Shown: positions 1 to 13,177 of the stretch, piece after piece
Position numbering within the stretch: position 1 is the first letter of the stretch
Layout: each line of letters begins with the position of its first letter
Origin: Paecilomyces variotii
Lineage: Eukaryota
DNA: 64,000 nucleotides
Strand: one strand, 5' to 3'
NCBI GenBank assembly: GCA_004022145.1
Contig: RCNU01000010.1
Notes under the pieces: model-generated
Seen by the model: only the letters and a program-made list of their open reading frames with translations
Databases searched by the model: none
Told to the model about the DNA's origin: nothing
Program-made: the position numbers and the translations under genes

Positions 1-224
1 CCTATCATCATGTTTTACACTGTACATGGCCGGTTTGTACATCACGGCACCAGTATGAGAATCGAAATCAAAGCAAAGTCCGAGTTTTGTGTTAAGCCGA
101 ACGTCACAGCGCAAGAATGCTGGAAAGTATCCGATTTTCAAACCGGAGAAAAAGAAAGCTTTTATGCATCACCCAGTGGATCATTTGGGAGAACCACCCA
201 TCCGTAACTCCCGGCTCGTCATTA

Positions 225-2277
225 TCATAGTCTATGCTTGTTCCAGGCTTTCTTAGCTGCACTTGGCATAGGACGATAGGCGTCCCCGTTTTGCCCACGT
301 CTGTTGCCACCTCCACGGCCACCACCGCGGCCTCCCCTGTCAGAGCCTCTTCCGCGTCGAGGCGGAGGCTGTCTGGGCGGGCCACGGGGAGGGGGAGATC
401 GAGGTAGAGGCGGTTGCCAGCTGTCTTTCACCCGCGACTCTCTGCCACGGTAAGGTTCAGGGTTAGGAGACAGAGAGCGCTGGCGCGTATTGTAGCCAGG
501 GTATTCATCTCGATCGCGGTAAGTGTCTCTCGAGTCATATCCAGATCTACGAGTATCTTGGGGCCCAGCTAGGTTTTTGTCCTTACCAATTCCGCTTCCA
601 AAACGGATATTGGGACGGCCTTGGTTCCGGCCTACTGGGTTTCTGAGGGCCGGTCTTGATAGCATGTCATCGCTATCTGGGGTAGGCGAGCGTGCATCGG
701 CACGCCCTCTGATCCTCATTCCGCCTTGGCGGCCGTTCAGAGCGGCTCCGCCTTTCTGACTTGGGACCACTGCGTTGATGTTTGTAATCATGGAAGGATC
801 ATAGCCCTTCAATGTCCATGAGGAAGATCGCATGGGTCGCGGAAGGGAAGGGCAATCTCCAACTAGGTGACGATTGCTCGTGCAATAGCAGCACGACAAA
901 GACACAAGTACGGGGCCAGGGGACGGATGCCGTTTGGGGAATTTCCACATGTAGTCACAATCGAGTTCCAGGTGATCTTGTGAACCGCAAAAGTCGCATG
1001 GAACTTCTGCTGCTGTGCCTTTCAGGGCCGAGGAACACGCTGCATGATCATGTCCTCGCTCACGACATTTCTGGCATCTTCTCCAGGAAGGACAAAAGTT
1101 ACTCTCATGTTGATTCCAAGCTCCGCAGTGTTGGCACTGGACTTCGTCAGTATTTAGTTGACCGCAAGGGAATTTCAGCTCCACGATGGGATATGAACCA
1201 TCGTGGGTTGTGAAAAGGCATGCAGGAGCTTACCTCTTTGGAAGGACACACCTCCGCCAGGTGGCCTTCTTGAAAACATTCAGTGCATGTAACTGGTAGC
1301 GTAAGATCGAGATCATTCTCATCACGACCATAGAACACATACTTAACCTGGGTTTGGAGATCTTCATGGGCAAGGTCAGCAAGGGTAGAGGGGGGTGTCG
1401 GGTATCTACTGGAGAAGGAACGGAAACTGTCCTCCTTTGAGTGCAGTTTTGATGCCTCATTTGCGCTGCTTCCATTTGTCGTGGCAGAAGAATATTGACC
1501 GTGCCCGTTCACTGTACCGTTGACGCCCCCTTTGTGAGTAGCGGTCGGGAATGGATTCTCTTTCGAGGAAACACCACCGTCCTGTCTTTGGGCCTCCATG
1601 GTATTCTCAGGACGGGTACCGACATTGACCATAATGGAATCGTCTCCTTCTGAAATCTCCCCGGATTCTGAATCGTCAGAATGGACAAAGTAGGGGCCTT
1701 GGCCAGATGGAGCGGTGCTGGTATCCTTTGGTTGTCCCTCTGCAGGATCTGCCTTGCTATCCTTATTCTGTGATGACGTGACGTCCTCTCCCTCTTCCTC
1801 TGCTGTCGAGACAGAAGCACTGCGAGTGCCCCAGAATTTCTTATTCACCTCATCGAAACCGGAAGTGGCGACGTTGCTGTCGGGTTTGGATATCCTGCTC
1901 CCTAATTTCGTCCTGATCGCGCTTCTGCTACCTTGATTCCAATTAATTGCAGGAGCTGAACCTCGCAGAGGTGGCTGGCCGCTTTGTTCCTCTGCACCCT
2001 CACTGCCAGACTCGTCGTTCGAGGAAGTATCAGAGCCTGAACTTGACGTGCTGTCAGGTTTAGCATCCAAGGGGATTGCGCTGAACTTGGCACCCTGGGG
2101 AACGAAATCGCGGACGTCTGAGCGATCCGCCTGGCGTCTTTTTCTTGGACGACCTTTTGCTATGTTGCTGTCGTGGGAACTGGCTCGTGACGCGCCACTG
2201 GAACCACTGGTGCGGGTGCGCTGCAGGCCGACGGAGGCAGTGCGCGAGTCATTATCATCGCCAGGGGAAGCCGGCAT
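225..2277 (-). CDS. Air1/Air2-like multi zinc-knuckle (CCHC) RNA-binding protein, probable TRAMP component
   Basis: Two exons, 2277-1234 and 1136-225; intron 1233-1137 (GTAAGC...CTGAC...CCAG). Repeated CX2CX4HX4C-type knuckles (CTECFQEGHLAEVC, CQKCRERGHDHAAC, CDFCGSQDHLELDC, CCYCTSNRHLVGDC) and an RGG-rich C-terminus. Confidence 0.8.
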
Positions 2278-3098
2278 GCCGTAGAATAGATCAGGGCCCG
2301 TCCGTATATCGGACGGTGCAGAGGAGAAGCGTCGTAGTCCAATATGGTAGAGGGGGTTGTGGATTGAATATTATTATGCCGTTCTGGGAAAGCAAGAAGA
2401 ACAAATTTACGGGGAGCGGACTGGGCCAGAGACGATGCGCCTCTAGCGTGGATGACAGACGGCCGGCAGGATTTAGAAACAGGCGATGGACAAGATATCT
2501 GAGCTAGACTCAGGTGGCTAATCAAGAACCAGCTAGCGAAGCAGAGAAGTGAGTCTCGACCGTCGCATTATTGTTGGCTCCGTGTCTGAAGCTGGTCGAT
2601 AACGCGGATGGCGGCACGTGCGGCCTCCCTCACGGCTCAATAATAATACCAGTAGATAATCTTTCGTCTCCCCAAAAAAAGAAGACTCCAAAACCAAAAC
2701 CTCGCCGTTTCTCGCCCAGTCAACCACTTTCTCTCCATTTCTTTCCTGTCCAGCTGGTCTCTGTTCCTTTCTGTCTCTCCATCAACCTCTTCTCTGCTTC
2801 TCTTTGCTCTGCCGTTCACGCTCGCTCGCCTCCCTGCCTCCCTTACTGCTCCTGTCGGCTCCCGTGACTCCCTGCGGATCCTCCATCTCACAGCCCGGAA
2901 CTTCTTCATCCTGCTGGCTCCGACGCGAAGTCCTGCTTCATCCACCACCCGACTCCACGAGTCTTCTCTCGGCTATACCACCTTTCTAGACAGTTTCTCG
3001 ACAATACCGCCAAGGTGTCTTCCCTACTAATTCCCCGGACCATCTCCTTCCCTCCCGAGCTCGACACGGGGCCCCAGCGGCTTTCCCCGGATTCCAAG

Positions 3099-3768
3099 AT
3101 GAGCCAGACGAAGATGGGAAGGAGAAGAAGGTCCAGCAGCATTATCTACCAGGAGCCTCCTGAGTCCATCGAGCATACCAGCGACCAGGCCGCCCTGCCC
3201 AATCTCAATGCCAACTGGGTCAACGCCAAGGGTGAGTGTGAATGTCCAAGCGTGGAGGGGGAGGGAAGAGCCCAGAAGAGCTGACAGCAGAAAACAGGAG
3301 CCTGGACAATCCATTTCGTTCTCATCATTGCCCTCAAGATCTTCTACGATATCATTCCAGGTGTCTCGCAGGAGACATCGTGGACTCTCACCAACATCTC
3401 CTACATGTTTGGTTCCTTCCTGATGTTCCACTGGGTGCGGGGTGTCCCATTCGAATTCAATGCGGGTGCATACGACAACTTGAACATGTGGGAGCAGATC
3501 GACAATGGCGACCAGTATACTCCGACGAAGAAATTCCTGCTCAGCGTGCCCATTATCCTGTTCCTCCTCAGCACCCACTACACGCACTACGATTTGACTT
3601 ATTTCATTATCAATTTCCTTGCAACCTTGGGCGTGGTCATCCCGAAACTTCCGGTGGTAAGTGCTATGTCCGTCCATCCATCAGTTGGTCAGTTTTTGGG
3701 TGCTGATAATTATGCAGTTGCATCGGTTGCGGATAGGCCTCTTCTCCGAGGACTCAGATGAATCATAG
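3099..3768 (+). CDS. orm1: ORMDL/Orm1 negative regulator of serine palmitoyltransferase
   Basis: Exons 3099-3231, 3298-3656, 3718-3768. Typical ORMDL motifs LNANWVNAKGAW, MFHWVRGVPF, LNMWEQID, KKFL and PKLP..HRLRI; N-terminal RRRRSSS phospho-motif. Confidence 0.95.
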
Positions 3769-5575
3769 TTCTTCAGTTTTCTTACCTTATCAATCGGCTC
3801 GATTTCATTGCACCTCTCTTAGCTCTCTCCTGGATCTTTCTTTGTGTCTGTACCATCGATCGAGGCTGGATATGAACCCCCCTGCTCGCGATGCGCTTTT
3901 TTTTTTTTCTATTTTCTTCTTTTCCTTTTCCCATAAGAGCTCTCCTTCTCTGTGTGTTTGTTGGACAGTCACGGTTTAGATAAGAAAAGGTTCTCAATTT
4001 GCACTTCGATGTCTTTCTCGACTACGATAACGCATGCCTTTCGACCTGCGCTAGGAGCGTAGAGTAACCTGAACCGCGATCGTCGGGTCCGGATACCTCC
4101 AGCCTTTACTGCGTGATACTTTTTTCTCCTGGTTGTGAATAGAAAGAGTTTTCGTCCAGATATAGATAATAGATATCTTTGCCGATTATTGGCGCTACTT
4201 CTGCTTATCTTTCCCTTTGGAGGCATTGATTGATTGATGGTGTTGAATGCACATGGAGCATTGGTATCACCCACCCAGATTGCCCAGATCTCGGGCCGAT
4301 AATTAATTCAGTTGCCTGAAATCTCACCGGTCGGTTTGTCATGGACAGAAGACAAAGGACAGGGTGCTCCGCCACCGCCACGAGGTGAGATGCTGGACTG
4401 GATATGGATGGTATTACATTCTGATATCGAAAGATAGCGGTGACACATCGCATCCTTCCTCCACTCTTGTAAGTTGTGACGCGTGGATATGGTCCGTGCG
4501 GCTCAGCAGTTCCCAAGTTCCCGAAGAGCTTTTTTTGAGGTTGCCTGATTACGATCCCTGCGTGCCATTATTACTATCTGTCTGAGGTGGACTGGTTGCA
4601 ACCACTAGGAACTGGTGGAATCAGTTAGATCACGCTGAAAAGATAATCTAATAATCACCACAAGCAAATAACTATGTCTGATAACTAGCTCTACGTGGAG
4701 TCAATGCTAGTTGTCACCTGCAGTCAGAAAGCCAATTTGCACTTTTCCCTGTTACCAAGCTTTGGAGTGGCGAGACCAAAATAATTTTGGGGGTTCGACT
4801 AACTTATCTACCTAGCTATTATTATTATCCAAGAATGATGTGGAAATATAGGGATAACAATTAACTATCCGGCTAACGATCCCGGCTAGCCACGTTGACT
4901 ATTCAAAGCACCGACGTTGGCGCTACTATTAATATCGAATTGATATAGTTACTGTAATTAAATATAACTAAGAATGGGCACTTGGAACAATAACGCGCGG
5001 TAAATCCGTCTAGCTTATTCTACGCCTGTTAACATGTCTCAGTCCCCCTGACGTTGTGGTAAAGAAAAGAATCACGTTGTGACTACTATGAGCTCCGCCA
5101 GACAGCAGTGGATCACTAGTGTTTTCAGTAGCTAAATTGCCTGTACCAGTAACTAGATCTCCTCCTCATTAGAGCAGCGCTGGTGAAGTTGCTTTGCTTT
5201 ATTGTTATCTCTTGATTTGTTGAAACTTGCAAAGGGAGATCGACGGAGATCTGCTTATGTCATCATACACGTGAGATCATCAATCTACGCGCTCGAACTG
5301 TCAGGTTGGAAACATGCAGGATGTGATTTTATTTTCTAACTATCTGTCGAGAAATTATGCCTGTTTTTCTCTATAGTAGAATACTGACTGTCGTATGTGC
5401 ATGCGAGTGTTGAGTACGCCCAGTTTGAGATATGGTCAACTGCGGCGGGCTACTGCTACTACTGCAGCTCCGTATCGATAAGCGTCGCGTACAACGCGAC
5501 TTCGCATCCCCGATCAGCCAATCCGTTCATCCTCGCCACAGGAACTAGACATTTTCTCTCCTTTACTTCGTGGCC

Positions 5576-7305
5576 ATGGATGACCAGGACGAGGCCTCGT
5601 TGCCTACCTATCGTCCTGTAAAACCTCTACCATTCGAATTGCGACAGCATTGCGGCATCTATTTCGAAGAGAAGCTCTGTTTGTCGTCCCGCGCGGTTCC
5701 TCACATTTTATCTGTATGCGCTGAACACTGACCAAGATAATATGACTAGATACTCAAGCTCTTGGTCTCCTGCTTAGTATATTAACTTCCGGTACAGTCG
5801 CCTCAGGGACTGCCTTTGTGCCATCGCCTCAGCACCTCGCCCTGGCGGCTACATTCGTCGTGCACCCATCCACCACGACGCGAGCCAAAACCACCGAGGA
5901 ACGAGAGGCTGCCAACGCTGCTTTGCGATTGCTACGACTTACAAACACATTGGTAGGACCTATATCAGCCAAGTTGGACACGGCATTCTCATTCAGGCGA
6001 TTTGACTCGTCTCGTCATGGAGGAAGGCGGCGCGCAGATGATACCGCCGTGTCGAGAGAGTTGCGCGACGAGGAGACGGAACCGCTGAACTTGGAAATGG
6101 GACAGACTGGCTCACTATGGTTTCGGGCGGAGGATTTCTGGCATGCAGTGGGCTGGGCGTTCAATTGTTCGGTCCTCCACCCCAAGCGCTGGGAAAGATG
6201 GCAACTATGGCTGCAGTTCATGTGCGAAGTGTTGGAAGACGATTGGAACGAGCGGATCAAACAGCTTGAGATAAATGCTAGCAGTGAACCCATAACGCCC
6301 AGCAAGCGACGGGAGCGGTTACTCAAGCAGAGCCTGATATACAAGTACCTGGCCTCTGGCAGTGCAGGTCACGGCCAGAACCGTCGGATCCTACGAGCTA
6401 TCTTTGCGGACGGGAGTGGGAGTGCGAAGAATGAGTTTCGTGAGGTGTTCAAGAACGAACTGAAGGAACTGAAGCGAGATGATGAAACGCTTAAGAAACG
6501 ACAAGCGGATGTCAATATCGATCAGGACGAATATGGTGATTATCTCTCCAAGGATGAAGACGAGTCTGACGGGACCGATAACACATCGAGGACGCGACCC
6601 AAGCGGCCAAGGAGGATGAAGAATAAGGGGTCGCCAGAGGATATTCCAGACGTGGCTGTCGTTATAACTAACCCACTATCCGATACGATATACGCAAAGG
6701 GCGGCGTGGCTTCATTTGGCGGATTCCAATCCCTCGCCCTTCGTCAACGCCTACTCCATATCCTATCCATGGTCTCTGAGCATTTGCCAAAAGCATTCAT
6801 GCCCCTTGAGGAGTTATATCACCTCTTTGTCGAGAACATTCGCCATCTTCCCCTCCCTGCCTTCCAAGCATTCGTCTCACCAAACGTCCTCCCTCACTTC
6901 TCCCCCGCCGAGCACAGCACTGTCTGCGAATTCCTCCTCTTCCGCATGCGCGAGAGCGACGCACCAGAGACAGACGAACCTTACCTAAATCAGAAGAAAT
7001 TGGAAGAATGCTACCTCCCCTGGGCAGCCAACACAACAACGGCAGTCGATAACGCCAAGATGTCCATTCTTCTAGAATCTCTCCTCAGTCTTCTGGCCCA
7101 GGATGGTCTACTCACTATCACTGAAGAACTGAAGCAAGCGGTCGTCCAGGGTATTCAGGCGCGCACTGACAAGGCACAAGATGAAGTTCGACGGAACCAG
7201 AATAGACGGAAAGTGGAAGATATCGAATGGTGCTGGTTAATCGAGAGCGGGGAGCGATTGATATCCCTAGTCGAGGACATTCTGCCTTTGGCAGAGCAAG
7301 GATGA
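5576..7305 (+). CDS. Conserved fungal protein of unknown function (possibly Nse5-like; see findings)
   Basis: Exon 1 5576-5678 (MDDQDEASLPTYRPVKPLPFELRQHCGIYFEEKL), intron 5679-5749, then in frame with the 495-aa ORF. Trp-rich helical block EDFWHAVGWAFNCS...RWERWQLWL. Confidence 0.8.
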
Positions 7306-8080
7306 ATAGTTATCTATCCACCGCCGTGGATTCAGGAATGAGTCACCTCACGCTGACAATGCGCCTATTTTTCACAACGACCCACCTCCTCCAGGGTACG
7401 CAATCTCATCTCATGCGCGCGACACGGGGTGCAGAGTGAGTGAGTGAGCGTACGACAGTCAACAGTCTTTCACTGACCAACGAAGGGTTCCGACCAAGGC
7501 TCTCCGGAGAAACATAATATCTACATGATCCACGACTTCGCGACTACACCGTGGCTATTCACTAGTCAACAGAGCATATTCTCCTGTATCCCAAGCAGTC
7601 GAGCCTCGTGGTGTATACACCGCACCCGCTGAGACATGATCTTCTAGGCATTGAATGCCAGAGAAACAAGAGAGACCTCAAATAAAATATCATTAATACC
7701 CCCTTTCTAAGTATGCTCTATAACTGTATTGACTATTACCTATCATTAGCTGGAATAATGAATACATCATGCACCTAGCGTCTAACTCAGAATTAATACG
7801 AATAAAATAACTTGACTAGTTATAACATTGATCCGTGTCTGCAATTTACCTACCCTAAACCCCCATAAAACGAAAACATCTAGAATAACACTAAATTCTA
7901 CACCGACATTTTAGAGACTTGACGTATCAATTTTTTTCTAATGATTCCTTTTTTTGTTGACCGGATCAAGAGTAGAACTAAAACACTAAGAAGCATTAAG
8001 ATAGACTAAAAAGGGGGGAGGAAATATAGTATAGACGGGGAATATTCAGAACACTCGAAGATTGATGGTGTTTCCGAAAA

Positions 8081-8107
8081 CACGACACGACACGACACGA
8101 CACGACA
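8081..8107. repeat. (CACGA)5 microsatellite
   Basis: cacgacacgacacgacacgacacgaca, in the 3' region of the calponin-homology gene. Confidence 0.85.
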
Positions 8108-8347
8108 GGAACAAAAGAGATAACGAAGAGGGGTAGTAGAGTGGTTGAAAGAAGGGACAAAAAAAAAGAAGTTGGCTTGAAGGGAATAAAGAGGGTAAGA
8201 GTTCGGGGTTATGTGATATGTGATATGTGCTTCGGGTTGGGAGGGAAATATGGTAAGATGGGGTAGTTTGCTATAGTCAAGTCCATCCTGCCTTTTCCCA
8301 CTCGCGGATTGCCTTTGAAAGAAATGAAATATTTGGGGAAAAGAAGT

Positions 8348-10339
8348 TTATGGTGGTGGTCTCGGTCCAATAATTTGTCTTCTGGCTCCTCCGATTCCTA
8401 GACCAGGGCCACCTCGATTCTGATTGTCACCGCCCATGAAGCCATACTGGTGGACATCCCAGGCACCTTGGCCAGGACCAACACCGACATCGTCCTTGAG
8501 ACCCTTCTTTGCGGCTTCGGAGGTTTGTTTCTGACCCTCTTCCCATTCGCGCTGGCGTTCACGTTCACGCTCCATCTCCCGCTCAAGGAGAGATTTGGAG
8601 GCCCAACCACCGGCGCGGGTCTTCTGCTGTGCGGCTATACGGCGGCTATTCTCTGCGTCAATCTCAGCGGTAGAAGAGTAGTCTGCTGGTCGATGGGATG
8701 ATGGCTTAGGGGGGGATGGAGCTGGGTTTGAGGCAAGGAAACGGTCGGTGCGATTGGCGTAGGCGCCTGGACTAGGGAGCGGACGAGGTGAGGTCTGGGC
8801 AGCGACTTTGGGATCAGGGAGTGGTCGGGGTGATGTTTGTTGAGCGGCTTTGGGGTCAGGGAGCGGCCGACCTTGTCTGGGAGGTGTCATTGGCGGTGCT
8901 GAGAAGTCGTCTTGCTGTTGCTGCCATTCCTTGCGTAGCAGTTTGCGTTCTTCTTCGAGGGATGAGAGGTCGTAACTCGGTTGGACTGGACGCGGATGAC
9001 TCCGGCTACGTGAGCGATTGTCTCTTTCTTGCTTTTCACGTAGGTCTAGTCTCTCACGTTCATATTGGCGCTCACGCTCCTTGGCCAGCTCAAGTTCCCG
9101 CTCAAGTTCCTTAATACGCTGGCTCTCCGCCGTCTCGACTGTCCTGGGCGGCGACTTCGGTTGGTGGGCTTGATACTGGCTGAGGAACTGTCCGTTGAGG
9201 CGGGCGTCACTCAAGCCTCGAGTGCGCTGTCGTTCTCGGTTGAACTTCTCCTCGAGTTCCTTTTCCTCCTGGAGACGACGTTGCTCTTCCTCCTCCCACT
9301 TCCGCTGTTCGTCGTCCCATTTCTTTTTCTGCTCCTCAACCTCGCGGCGCTCGTTCTCCCTCAGTCGTTCTGTTTCCTCTGCCCATCTGCGCTCTTCTTC
9401 TGCTCGGGCGTTAGCTTCCTCCTCTTCTCTCTGGATCCGTCGCCGTTCTTCTTCTTCCTCCTGAGCTTGCCTACGACGGCGTTCCTCTTCGGCTGCAGCC
9501 TCCCGTCTCTTCTTTTCCTTCTCGGCCAAACTGGGAACCGCTGGTAATGGACTGGTTATCTGCCGTCGCGCACCAAATGTGACACCTTGATTAGCCTGAC
9601 TTGCACCGCCCATGTAGCCATACTGGTGGATATTCCATGCCGGTGCCGTGACCGTTTCGTCCGTTTTCCTGCTCCAGCTGCTCACTGGAGCTCTGGGCGA
9701 TGGCGAGCCCCCCTTTCCAGGGCTGCTTCGCCCGGAAGTTGTTGACGCGGCTGCCGGACTCAGGGCACCAGGGTTGCTGGCGTTGCTAGCTCCTCGTGGT
9801 CTGGTGCCAAGCTGGCTTTGGCTTGAACCTGTCAACTGAGGAGTTACTGCACCTGCTTTGCTTTTGGCTCCCAGTGTCCGGGGGAACTTGGCGGGCTCGA
9901 TAGCATTGGCCCTTCGGCTGAAAGCCCCCAAACACTGAAGTACCTGGGCAGGGTCCTTCGATTCGTAAAGATCGACTGTAAGGAAGACATCATGTGGTGG
10001 GAGACTGAGCGGCGGCATCTGAATTGCGCGGAGGAAATGGGAAATATTTTCCATCTGTACAAATGGCATAGACGACTGCTTGTACTTGACACCTGGAGAG
10101 ACCGCGAGATTGACTAGCCTGGATCACGGTCAGTAAGCATCTGTAGCGCGGATGGAGACGGAAATGGCGTACTTGCAGAGAGCGACACCATCTTTCAGCG
10201 CAGCAATCAAATCCCCGGAGGACAGTTTCTCATGCAGCACTTCCTCAATCCATTCGCGCACTTCGTTGGCGGCCTGCGGGGTATACTTGGACAGGCGCAT
10301 GTTGCGCAGGTCCCTATCCAGCGATGAGACTGACGCCAT
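8348..10339 (-). CDS. Calponin-homology (transgelin/Scp1-like) actin-binding protein with long coiled-coil and Pro-rich C-terminus
   Basis: Exons 10339-10173 and 10118-8348 (54-nt intron). CH motifs LKDGVALCKLVN, MPFVQMENISHFL and FLTVDLYE; two calponin-repeat-like segments (QYGYMGGASQ, QYGFMGGDNQ). Confidence 0.88.
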
Positions 10340-10861
10340 TTTGATTGATCACCAACCACTCTCAATTTCCTTCGACACAGATCTGATGGATCATCCAAGG
10401 GTGGCGCGTTCTCGAGAACTGGCTGTCCAGATGTCAGCCCAAGCTGGGCAATGTAATTTATCAGGCGTCAGCAATAATAGCTAAGCGGGGAATCCCGGCA
10501 GCGCAAGAGTATCGCGGGAGTACGGCGCGGGCAGATCAAGAGGGAGTGAAATTTGGAAGAGGACAGACAAACAGAAGAGTCTGTAATTAGCCAACGCCTC
10601 GAGAGAAAAAGGGAGTAAAGGGAATGAAAGACTCAGGAGGTCGAGTCCGAGAAATGGGATAGCCGCTGGCCCTCACTTTAGGAGTAATTATAATTAATTA
10701 ATAAACTCCACCGGTTGATGACGTCCCTGCTGGTCCAGGCGCGGATTCTCGAAAAATCGCCGGACGACACTAGAGGCAATCCACCAGCAACGCCTGCTAG
10801 TCGATCTTCCCAATCGGACACTTGCCTGACTCGAAGGGGATTCTCTACGATCCGAGACACG

Positions 10862-11572
10862 ATGACTATCAATAGTCTCTGGTTCAAATGGAAGGGCCTG
10901 CGTTTACCGTGGCGAAAATCCTTCTTGGTCGGTATGTTCCTTCTCCGCCATGTCTCACTGCCAGTGAACGGGTCTCTAACGGGGGTTCTCTAGGCCAAGA
11001 TCTCGCTGGAAATACATATTGGGAGTTCAGGGATTCGTTGAACAGTGGGAGGTTCAGGCGTATTGTGAAGTACAACCCAAAGACGCACTATGGAGACGTT
11101 AAGGTCAACCGTGAGTACCATGTCGGTTCCTGACAGGAATCAACCAGCACTGACTCTGGCAATTTTCCTCGTAGCACAATGGCATCAATGGCTCCGTTAC
11201 GTCCGCCCCGAGCCTCCTACGATCGAAGAGCAGCAGCAAGACCTCATCCGGCAACAGCAGCTCAAGAGACTGGCCCAACTAGCTGACGAACGTTGGGCCA
11301 GCAAGCCTTCCTACCTCGACAGACCACAGACTCAACAACCTGCGCCGGCCCTGCGGACAAGTGATGCAACAATGTCGGACCAGGGTCGTCCAGCTCCTAG
11401 TCCAGAGCAAGTCGGTGTCAGGAACGCCGTTGAGGACCAGGCTACACTCCAACAACAACAACAACAGAGCGGCACAGAGAAAGCTGCCAAGAATCCCTGG
11501 GCCAAACAGACTGGCGTACCAGGGGCGGATTTTGAGCCAGAAGCTTGGACACCAAAGGCCTCTCAGAGATAG
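10862..11572 (+). CDS. NDUFA12-family protein, probably the complex I assembly paralog (NDUFAF2/B17.2L-like)
   Basis: Exons 10862-10931, 10994-11110, 11175-11572. Motifs LVGQDLAGNTYWE, RRIVKY, PQWHQWLR..R..PP and C-terminal FEPEAWTP. Confidence 0.85.
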
Positions 11573-13177
11573 AATTATTCTCTCCTGGTCCGGATAAAAT
11601 AACTATACCCTTCTGATCCATATATTTGACCCATTCATTTGGGACCCTTGCATTACCATAGCGATCGAGACTATGTGATGCTTTCACACAGCCAGGGCGA
11701 GTGTCCATATTGTCAGCAGTGCACATAACTGAGTGCCAATCACTTCCTGACTGATTTCTCTGCGACCGCAGTAGACCATGACTAGCCCGCTGCATTCGAT
11801 ATATATCTCGATATGAGCAGCCATATTTGCTATCTTCGATGCTGGTTCACGTGAGGAAATTAGGTCGTTTCTACCAGCCAGCGGACACTCTACTTCATGC
11901 TTGATATGTGCGACTTGTTCTTTAAGAAAGAAACTCTATTGCTGCAAAACATTTTGTCGCACGTCTTTGACCGAGGTCCACATGGAGTTTTACTTACGAT
12001 GTTACGGACAATCTGTACTATCACATAGTGTATCAATACTTGATATTGTTTCTCTTCTAATCATAATCGCATGTTACTTGCATCTCCAAAAATAGCTTGC
12101 TCGTTATACCCGTTTCTGTACCCTTACGGAACCAACCTAGGCCCACGGGATCCCTACCATGGACACCTCTTCGAAGGCATGCTTAACAATGCGGCACCCA
12201 CATAAGAAAGATTGTCACATCCAAGTTCCATATCATGTCACCGGCATTTCCCCCCTTAAAACCCGGCCTTTTCTCCCCAGGCACGCGCCGGAAACGGCAT
12301 AAGCCCCAGTCCCACCACAATGGCATAGGGAAATCCATCAAATACCCCATAACCCATTGTATTTAACTTCAACAGGAAATACTAATGCTTGCGGAAACCG
12401 ATAACATAGTCTACTTCTTTTTTTTCGATTTTACCCAACTAACACACGACGACCCATGGAAATGTGCACCCGCGGGGAATCGGGAGATCACCACACCCAC
12501 CTCGGTCCGGTACGTGGCATTCTTTTTCGAGATATGTGCAGTTTATTTTTACATTGTTCAATGTCAGTTGGTTGTGTAGGGAATTTTATCTTTCTACATA
12601 GATGTCTGGCCGGATCTATGCAGGTCTTGTGATTCATTGTGGCTTGTGCGTAGATCTTAGCTATCTGGCGCGGTGGGATATGATAATTACGATACATATT
12701 ATTACTTTACGCCTGGGTTTGGATTCATTGCATTCATTGTGTGTATGAGATGCTGTTGTGCGACGGTGGCTGGTTTCATGAAATTATACGGGGTACCCCG
12801 TCCTCTTGCACATACGAAACCGAGCGATTATTTGAAACTGGCGTAAGTTAGAAGCTGTTCTTTTTTTTTTTGTCTGGCTTTCCCTGCTTATTATCTGCAA
12901 GAAATTGGTAAATATGGAGGGAGAGGAGATACTTTTTCTCAGAATTGAATATAATAATCGATTATGTTTCTAAGATATTAGAAACTACTATAGAGTATAT
13001 CTCTGAACCCCACTGTATAATGCACAAATGTGTATAATGTTTATACAAGACCCAACCCATGAACCGGATCCGAACCAAAACCGAACAGAACGCTCAAAAA
13101 CAGCCACCGGATGTAATATATCCGCTTCGCAAAAACACCGCACCCAAATAGTACAATTATAGCCCGGAAATTTCCCT

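Noticed and set aside
3027-3677. 216-aa antisense ORF over orm1, and similar shadow ORFs over wetA, cpcB, glnA and med1
   Set aside because: Explained by codon bias and GC content of the real gene on the opposite strand.
12788-12801. 14-bp palindrome ACGGGGTACCCCGT
   Set aside because: Isolated; a few such palindromes are expected by chance in 64 kb.
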